From assembly GCA_050749405.1 (NCBI GenBank), contig JBOGRD010000015.1, positions 4,581-36,580 on the forward strand: a stretch of DNA of 32,000 nucleotides, read 5' to 3'. This document shows positions 26,490 to 32,000 of the stretch, one piece after another. A model generated the notes under the pieces. The model saw only the letters and a program-made list of their open reading frames with translations. It was not told the origin of the DNA and made no database searches. Both the position numbers and the translations under genes were made by a program. Numbering within the stretch: the stretch's first letter is position 1; each line of letters starts with the position of its first letter. This DNA comes from Nitrosotalea sp. GTDB taxonomy: Archaea > Thermoproteota > Nitrososphaeria > Nitrososphaerales > Nitrosopumilaceae.

Positions 26490-26562
26490 CCCTTCAAAAT
26501 CGATTCCTAAAAAATGCATTTTTTCCGATCAATAATATGGGTCATCAACTCTAGTTTGTTCA

Positions 26563-27870
26563 TTGTCTTCTGCAGTTGAAATCTACAAGAAAAAAACTAG
26601 AAAATCTGCCAGGATTTTTGAGAAATCAAAAAAGTTCCACATCAATGGCGTAAGCCATAACATAAGATTTTTCAAGCCATATCCTTTTGTTACCAAGTCT
26701 GCAAAAGGCAAGTTCATTTCAGATATAGACGGAAACAGGTATACAGATTACTGGATGGGGCATTGGAGTCTCATACTGGGCCATGCCGCACCGCCTATTG
26801 CAACTCTTGTCAAAAAACAGCTGCCATCATGCTGGATGCATGGAACCGTAAACGAAATGACGGTATTGTTCTCCGAAGTAATACAAAATGCAGTGCCAGT
26901 AGCTGAGAAGATTCGTTATGTCTCCACCGGTACTGAGGCCACAATGTATGCAGTAAGGATTGCAAGATCTGTTACTGGAAAAAAGACAATTGCCAAAGTC
27001 GATGGGGGCTGGCATGGTTATACAACAGACCTGCTCAAGTCAGTCAACTGGCCATTTGATCAGTCAGAAAGTCGCGGCCTGATAGACGAGTCCCATGTCA
27101 TATCAATACCATACAATGATCTTGAAAAATCCATACAGATACTGCAGTCAGTAAAAGATGATCTTGCAGGTGTAATCATTGAGCCGGTTCTTGGCGGAGG
27201 AGGTTGCATTCCTGCAACAAGAGAATATTTATCTGGAATACAAGAGTTTGTCCACAAAAATAATGCACTCTTTCTGCTCGATGAAATAGTGACAGGGTTT
27301 AGATTTTCATTTGGATGTCTGTATCAGACCATGAAGCTCGACCCAGATATCGTAGTGCTTGGAAAGATTGCGGGCGGCGGATTTCCAATTGGGGTGATAT
27401 GTGGAAAAGAAGAGATGATGAAAATTTCTGACACGCAAACCCGTACAAGGCTTGATAGATCATACATTGGGGGCGGAACATTTTCTGCAAACCCCATTAC
27501 AATGACTGCAGGCAGAGCGATGTTACAGTTCCTCAAGAAAAATCCTGTCGTGTACAAAAAGATAGGACGTCTTGGAGACCAAGCAAGAGATGGACTCGAG
27601 AAAATTTTTGATGGAAAAGCTGTCATCACCGGAAAAGGCTCTCTTTTTATGCCACACTTTTTGGCAAACGACATCACCGAGGTAAGAAATGCAGCAGATG
27701 CTGCCAAGTGCAACACTGATCTGTTACACCAATATCACTTTGAGATGATTGCAAGAGATGGAATATTTTTCCTTCCAGGAAAGCTTGGGGCAATCTCATA
27801 TGCACATAGCGAGTCTGACATCAAGTGTCTAATAGAAGCATCAAATAGATTTGCAGCTTCGCTAAAGTAA
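26563..27870 (+). CDS. Class-III aminotransferase, glutamate-1-semialdehyde 2,1-aminomutase-like
   Basis: 435 aa. [56 protein letters not shown] and [14 protein letters not shown] (PLP lysine) match the GSA-aminomutase family. The N-terminal [11 protein letters not shown] deviates from the canonical PGGVNSPVRAF. TTG start is needed. Confidence 0.85.
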   Translation: MSSAVEIYKKKTRKSARIFEKSKKFHINGVSHNIRFFKPYPFVTKSAKGKFISDIDGNRYTDYWMGHWSLILGHAAPPIATLVKKQLPSCWMHGTVNEMTVLFSEVIQNAVPVAEKIRYVSTGTEATMYAVRIARSVTGKKTIAKVDGGWHGYTTDLLKSVNWPFDQSESRGLIDESHVISIPYNDLEKSIQILQSVKDDLAGVIIEPVLGGGGCIPATREYLSGIQEFVHKNNALFLLDEIVTGFRFSFGCLYQTMKLDPDIVVLGKIAGGGFPIGVICGKEEMMKISDTQTRTRLDRSYIGGGTFSANPITMTAGRAMLQFLKKNPVVYKKIGRLGDQARDGLEKIFDGKAVITGKGSLFMPHFLANDITEVRNAADAAKCNTDLLHQYHFEMIARDGIFFLPGKLGAISYAHSESDIKCLIEASNRFAASLK

Positions 27871-27910
27871 ATAGCGATATTTATTAACTAATAATTCTAG
27901 ATTTGTTCTC

Positions 27911-28714
27911 ATGTACAAGATAGCCATAGGCGTTGCAGCACTAGTCTTGCTTATTCCTTTTGCATCCCACTCTTTTGCATCAAATATTGAGATTGATATA
28001 CACACAGGCTCTGCTGACCCCAACCAGCACCTGACATTTTACCCTCCCTCATCGTCAGCATATGTTGGCGATACCCTAGAGTTTGGAAACGGTGATACTG
28101 TAGCTCATGAGGTGACATCTGGAACCCCCAGCGCAGGCGCAGATGGTAAATTTGACAGCGGTACGCTAAACCCCGGCCACTACTATTCGTATACCCTTAC
28201 AGAATATGATGTTGGCACAGTCAACTTTTACGACAAGGCATACCCATGGATGACAGGTGATGTCATAGTTCAGGAAGCACCAGGAGGATACAAGGTAATT
28301 CATAATGTTGGTGCAGATGTCGGAGACGGCAAGACAACATTTGATGTCCAGTACAAATCCGTAAAAAACATCATCTCAGCTGAAGTGGGGGTAAAGGACA
28401 AGTCGCTCAGTTTGATGCTAGTAGGACAGGCAAGTCAGGGTAGCGACCTAGTGATCAATCTTCCGACAGGCCTTGTTACTCCACCATTCTTTGGAGTACA
28501 GCTTGACGGTCAGTTCACAAAGAACTTTACCGAAACACCCCTGCAAGGTATGACGGTTCTCACAATACCCATTACGCCACTTACAGAACAGGTCAGCATT
28601 GTAGGAACACATGTAGTGCCAGAGTTTGGTCCAATTGCCGCACTAGTTCTTGCAATATCAGTTGTCACAATAGTACTGTTTACAAGATTTACGCCAAACC
28701 GTATACTGGGATAG
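27911..28714 (+). CDS. Secreted cupredoxin-like protein lacking Cys, with PEFG-type C-terminal anchor
   Basis: 267 aa. Signal peptide (AALVLLIPFASHSFA), then a cupredoxin-like block FYPPSSSAYVGDTLEFGNGDTVAHEVTSG...FDSGTLNPG.YYSYTL...GTVNFYDKAYPWMTGDVIV. A second beta domain follows, then VVPEFG plus a helix plus a basic tail. Confidence 0.8.
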   Translation: MYKIAIGVAALVLLIPFASHSFASNIEIDIHTGSADPNQHLTFYPPSSSAYVGDTLEFGNGDTVAHEVTSGTPSAGADGKFDSGTLNPGHYYSYTLTEYDVGTVNFYDKAYPWMTGDVIVQEAPGGYKVIHNVGADVGDGKTTFDVQYKSVKNIISAEVGVKDKSLSLMLVGQASQGSDLVINLPTGLVTPPFFGVQLDGQFTKNFTETPLQGMTVLTIPITPLTEQVSIVGTHVVPEFGPIAALVLAISVVTIVLFTRFTPNRILG

Positions 28715-29408
28715 CTGCGCCGTGTATAGGCTGCGCATCATCTGATGCCAAAAAGAGGACCACTCGTGCAATATCATTTGGCGTTACCCATTTTGTATGA
28801 TCAGCACTTGGCATTGATTCCCTGTTTTCTTTAGTATCAATAATGCTTGGTATGATACAGTTGACATTGATTCCTTTTGACTTTACTTCTTCTGACAGCG
28901 ATTCGACCAATCTTATCACGCCGCTCTTTGATGCAACATATGCTGCATCAGATCCTGCACCCTTGAGTCCAGACCGTGCCGAGACATGAATCACTTTGCC
29001 GCCAGACTGTTTTATCATCTGCGCAACAACATGCTTGCTTAACAAAAATGCAGTCTTGAGGTTGATATCCATCATATGATTCCAGTCTGTTTCATCTATC
29101 TCAGTAATGGGTTTTCCCGCAATGTACCCGCCAATCACATTTGCAAGCACGTCTATTTTTCCAAATCTCTTTACTGCCTCAGAGACCAGAATTTTCACGT
29201 CGTCTTCTTTTGTAAAATCACCCCTCAACAAAAATGTGTTTTTTGACGTACCGCAGATCTTTTGCAGTGACTCTAGAGAGTCGCTAGAGTAATACGTCAG
29301 GACAATAGATGCCCCTGCCTTGAGAAAGGCATGGGCCACCTCAGTTCCCAATCCCCCACTGCTACCAGTAACGAGTACAGCTTTTCCTGAAAAATCATAA
29401 CGGTTCAT
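28689..29408 (-). CDS. Short-chain dehydrogenase/reductase (SDR), 3-oxoacyl-ACP-reductase-like
   Basis: KAVLVTGSSGGLGTEVA (TGxxxGxG), NVIGG, and the catalytic YVASK (YxxxK). Start taken at ATG 29408 (MNRYDF...); the track start at 29429 is also possible. The 3' end overlaps the convergent upstream gene by 26 nt. Confidence 0.85.
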   Translation of the reverse strand: MNRYDFSGKAVLVTGSSGGLGTEVAHAFLKAGASIVLTYYSSDSLESLQKICGTSKNTFLLRGDFTKEDDVKILVSEAVKRFGKIDVLANVIGGYIAGKPITEIDETDWNHMMDINLKTAFLLSKHVVAQMIKQSGGKVIHVSARSGLKGAGSDAAYVASKSGVIRLVESLSEEVKSKGINVNCIIPSIIDTKENRESMPSADHTKWVTPNDIARVVLFLASDDAQPIHGAAIPVYGLA

Positions 29409-29487
29409 GATAAAGCAACTGTAAGGCACATTAAAAAAGAATCTATCAAGTGATCATATTTATCAAATGATACTACAATGGTATATC

Positions 29488-29838
29488 ATGTCAAAAGAGA
29501 ACAAAAACCAAGATTGGGACGAGATGTGGACTGGATACACCCAGATGCTAAAAAAATGGACGCAGAATTTGGAAGCTCTGCAAAAGACAAGTGCCGAGGT
29601 ACAAGAAAAGTATAACGAGGTCATGTCAAAAGCAATTAGTGAGTCAAGCCAGAAGACAATAAAGGAATTTCAGGAGAACTGGCAAAGGGCTATGACAAAA
29701 GCAGGCGCCGCTGCCTTCAAGCAATTTGGCGAAAGCTGGCAAAAGTCAGTCAGCGAGTCAGGACTTGATCAGCTCCAGACATATGGAGATATGATGAACA
29801 AGTTTGCCGAAACATGGCAAAAGATGTGGCGAAACTAG
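29488..29838 (+). CDS. Trp-rich coiled-coil hypothetical protein
   Basis: 116 aa from ATG 29488. Helical heptad-like sequence with a recurring x-W-Q-K/R motif (ENWQRAM, ESWQKSV, ETWQKMW). No family assigned. Confidence 0.55.
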   Translation: MSKENKNQDWDEMWTGYTQMLKKWTQNLEALQKTSAEVQEKYNEVMSKAISESSQKTIKEFQENWQRAMTKAGAAAFKQFGESWQKSVSESGLDQLQTYGDMMNKFAETWQKMWRN

Positions 29839-29854
29839 ACGTCCAAAGAAGAGA

Positions 29855-30553
29855 TTAGCTCCTGTCCACCTGTTCACCACTAGTCTTGGACTCCACCTCG
29901 TCTGCCATCAGATCAAGCTCTGAGGTATCCCCAAGTTTTTGGTATGTCAATTTTTCAAGTGTCTTGAGTATGCTTTTTGCAGAACGATACTGTGGAAGTT
30001 TTGGCTCGTTGAGCTCTGCATACAGACCAATTCCCTGAATGCCGTTCATCTTTGCAAATCCCAAGATGAGACCGTTAAATCCAGTAATTATCGAGGCCTC
30101 TGGCGTTGTCTCAATTCCAAGTTTTCTTACCTGGTCTGTCATTTCAAGGGATGTCGTAGTAACAAATGTCTTGGGTTCTTTTCCAATGGGGTTTTTTGTA
30201 TGAAACCCTCCAAGTGTATAGATGAACCTTGTCGAATATTTTTTTGCTACATTTATGACATCTTGGCATAACACGTTGAGTTCCTCTGTTGAAGACGGCT
30301 GGCCAGAGCCTCCACCAAAGACAATTGTATCCTTGCCAGATCGATATTCCCATTTTTCTTCGGGCACATCAATGTAGCCGCCGTTATCTATAACATAAGC
30401 AGGGTACGATGGAAGAACTTCACGAAATACAACAGTCTCTAGATTCTCGTTGATAAAATCAATCACTATGCTTCCCACATCTCCCATGTCTTGCATTGCA
30501 GCAATCATGAGTGGCTTTTGCAGATCTGGCTCTTTTATTTGCGAAAACTTCAC
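29855..30553 (-). CDS. PAC2-family (proteasome assembly chaperone-like) protein
   Basis: 232 aa, GTG start. KPLMIAAMQDMGDVGSIVIDFI...IYTLGGF...ITGFNGLILGFAKMNGIQGIGLYAE has the PAC2/DUF75 family layout. Confidence 0.7.
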   Translation of the reverse strand: MKFSQIKEPDLQKPLMIAAMQDMGDVGSIVIDFINENLETVVFREVLPSYPAYVIDNGGYIDVPEEKWEYRSGKDTIVFGGGSGQPSSTEELNVLCQDVINVAKKYSTRFIYTLGGFHTKNPIGKEPKTFVTTTSLEMTDQVRKLGIETTPEASIITGFNGLILGFAKMNGIQGIGLYAELNEPKLPQYRSAKSILKTLEKLTYQKLGDTSELDLMADEVESKTSGEQVDRS

Positions 30554-30632
30554 TCTAGTTCTTTATCTCGGATCTGATTAATACTTTGGCTCTCTACATG
30601 ACATATAAGTAGAATTTTTTAAAATTCAAATC

Positions 30633-31256
30633 ATGGGCAAGTATGAGCTGCCGCCTCTTCCATATTCTTACGACGCACTAGAACCGTACATCGATGAGGC
30701 CACTATGAAGATCCATCACAGAAAACACCACCAGGCTTATGCGGACGGGCTAAATGATACGCTTGCAAAGATAAACGCGTTATCACACAAAAATTACATT
30801 ATCGGGATTTTGTCCGATATGAGCACAGTTCCAGAAAATGTAAGGGATGCAATCAACTTCTACGGCGGAGGATATGAAAATCACAGGATGTTCTGGGATA
30901 GTATGAAGCCAAGTGGTGGTGGCAAGCCGGGTGGAAGACTGGCAGACGAGATAGGTGTCCATTTTGGAAGTTTTGACGAGTTCAAAAAAAAGTTCTCAGA
31001 GGGCACCACATCCATACAGGGAAGTGGATGGGGGTGGCTTGTGTATAACCAGACATATGCTAAAGTGGAATTTATGACAACTCCCAATCAGACAAGCCCG
31101 TGGACACAGAGACGTGTTCCCCTCCTGGGCTTGGATGTCTGGGAGCATGCGTATTATCTCAAGTATCAAAACAAGAGAGCGTCTTATGTTGAAGCATGGT
31201 GGAATGTTGTCAACTGGCCCGAAGTTGAAGAGAGATTTATCAGAGTATCTTCATAA
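30633..31256 (+). CDS. sod: Fe/Mn-family superoxide dismutase (Mn/cambialistic-type signatures)
   Basis: YELPPLPYSYDALEPYIDEATMKIHHRKHHQAY, GGGYENHRMFW, QGSGWGWLV and LGLDVWEHAYYLKYQNKRASYVEAWWNVVNW. All four metal ligand positions are present. Confidence 0.95.
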   Translation: MGKYELPPLPYSYDALEPYIDEATMKIHHRKHHQAYADGLNDTLAKINALSHKNYIIGILSDMSTVPENVRDAINFYGGGYENHRMFWDSMKPSGGGKPGGRLADEIGVHFGSFDEFKKKFSEGTTSIQGSGWGWLVYNQTYAKVEFMTTPNQTSPWTQRRVPLLGLDVWEHAYYLKYQNKRASYVEAWWNVVNWPEVEERFIRVSS

Positions 31257-31378
31257 TGGCAGCTTCTTGGCTCCAAAAAAGATGACGCTTTTTAAAAATT
31301 CTCTGGAATTATGATATGTACCAATGATTTTGCTAGTTTTAACATATCTTTATACGCCTTTAATTTTTTCAATGCATC

Positions 31379-31633
31379 ATGGACGCGTATCTTGAAGAAG
31401 AGTTGTATGATTTGATGACTTTTTGCATTCAAAATGCGCCAGCGTCTACTGACTATGACTCCAAGAAAGCAAGGATTCACGAGGTAGGTAAGGAGATCCA
31501 TAGTGATGGCGGAGCAGATGCAATGGAGAACATGTATTTTGCCATACAAAACAGAATAAAAGAAGAGATCCAAAAAGATGCCACGCCATATCGTTCATGG
31601 TGGAATGGAATCACAGACGAATGGAAGTATTAA
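31379..31633 (+). CDS. Hypothetical protein
   Basis: 84-aa ORF with balanced composition. Preferred over the overlapping antisense 93-aa ORF (31292..31573), which is Cys/His/Leu-skewed. Confidence 0.4.
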   Translation: MDAYLEEELYDLMTFCIQNAPASTDYDSKKARIHEVGKEIHSDGGADAMENMYFAIQNRIKEEIQKDATPYRSWWNGITDEWKY

Positions 31634-31833
31634 ATCAGCAGATACTACGGATTACACTGATTGTCTTAATCAGTTTTGAAGTCCTACAGTACTTTGATGT
31701 ACGTAGATCTTTAAAGAAGATGGTTTTCTTTGCTTCTCATGTCTTTTGTTTGATAAAGATTAATGATTTTCAAAATAAATATTTAAAAAAAAACCTGCAA
31801 GTTATTGCAATCACATATTTGATAATTTCAGTT

Positions 31834-32000
31834 TCAGCTGTTCAGTTTCAACAATATTTTTGCAACACTTGAGCCGATCATCCTGACTTGCTCTTCTTGT
31901 TTTTTGTCCTTCAGGATTCCATCTGCATCAAAGGCTTCGTGAGCCTTTGCAATAGCAACCTGCTCTGGTATGACAAGCACCCCTATATTTCCAAGTATTG
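31834..32000 (-). CDS. Partial CDS (C-terminal end; continues beyond the window)
   Basis: The frame is open from the window edge to a TGA at 31834-31836: ...ILGNIGVLVIPEQVAIAKAHEAFDADGILKDKKQEEQVRMIGSSVAKILLKLNS. Product not recognised. Confidence 0.4.
   Translation of the reverse strand, partial: ILGNIGVLVIPEQVAIAKAHEAFDADGILKDKKQEEQVRMIGSSVAKILLKLNS

Noticed and set aside
28689-28714. 26-nt convergent overlap of 27911..28714 and the SDR gene (and the similar 30-nt overlap at 5561-5590) as a regulatory feature
   Set aside because: Short convergent 3' overlaps are common in compact archaeal genomes. Nothing in the sequence, such as a hairpin or repeat, singles these out.

Overview
The window looks like a low-GC archaeal chromosome segment, most likely an ammonia-oxidising thaumarchaeon (Nitrososphaeria / Nitrosopumilales-like). 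That placement is inference. It rests on a 16S 5' end of AATCCGGTTGATCCTGCCGGA, a 16S-23S operon with no spacer tRNA and no linked 5S, several cupredoxins, and PEFG-type C-terminal anchors. No database search was possible, so all product calls come from motifs read in the translations, and rRNA ends and some start codons are approximate.

Layout:
- 300-9800: a dense accessory-looking island of thiol-redox and thiophilic-metal genes. It holds a blue copper protein, two HxlR regulators, three thioredoxin-fold proteins each beside a small membrane protein with a CxC/CxxC motif in a Gly-rich helix, small Cys-rich ORFs below the 60-aa track cut-off, a YHS-domain protein, paralogous His-bearing membrane proteins, a Csa3/CARF-like regulator, and a Met-rich DsbA-like protein.
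- 9900-12250: an AbiEi/AbiEii type IV toxin-antitoxin pair inside a 2160-bp unit bracketed by 131-bp near-identical direct repeats, next to a truncated SRPBCC gene.
- 12750-20200: an FAD oxidoreductase, a truncated acyl-CoA synthetase, secreted proteins including two tandem FN3 paralogs, and transposase 3' remnants plus short dispersed repeats.
- 20250-21100: a visibly GC-richer patch with a SemiSWEET/PQ-loop gene.
- 21630-26245: 23S and 16S rRNA on the minus strand, with flanking processing helices.
- 26563-32000: housekeeping-type genes (GSA-aminomutase-like, Cys-less cupredoxin-like protein, SDR, PAC2, superoxide dismutase).

The best candidate for an undescribed system is the triplicated pairing of a thioredoxin-fold protein with a Cys-motif membrane protein. 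It comes with HxlR regulators, small Cys-rich proteins, and a 13-bp palindrome shared by three promoters in the island.
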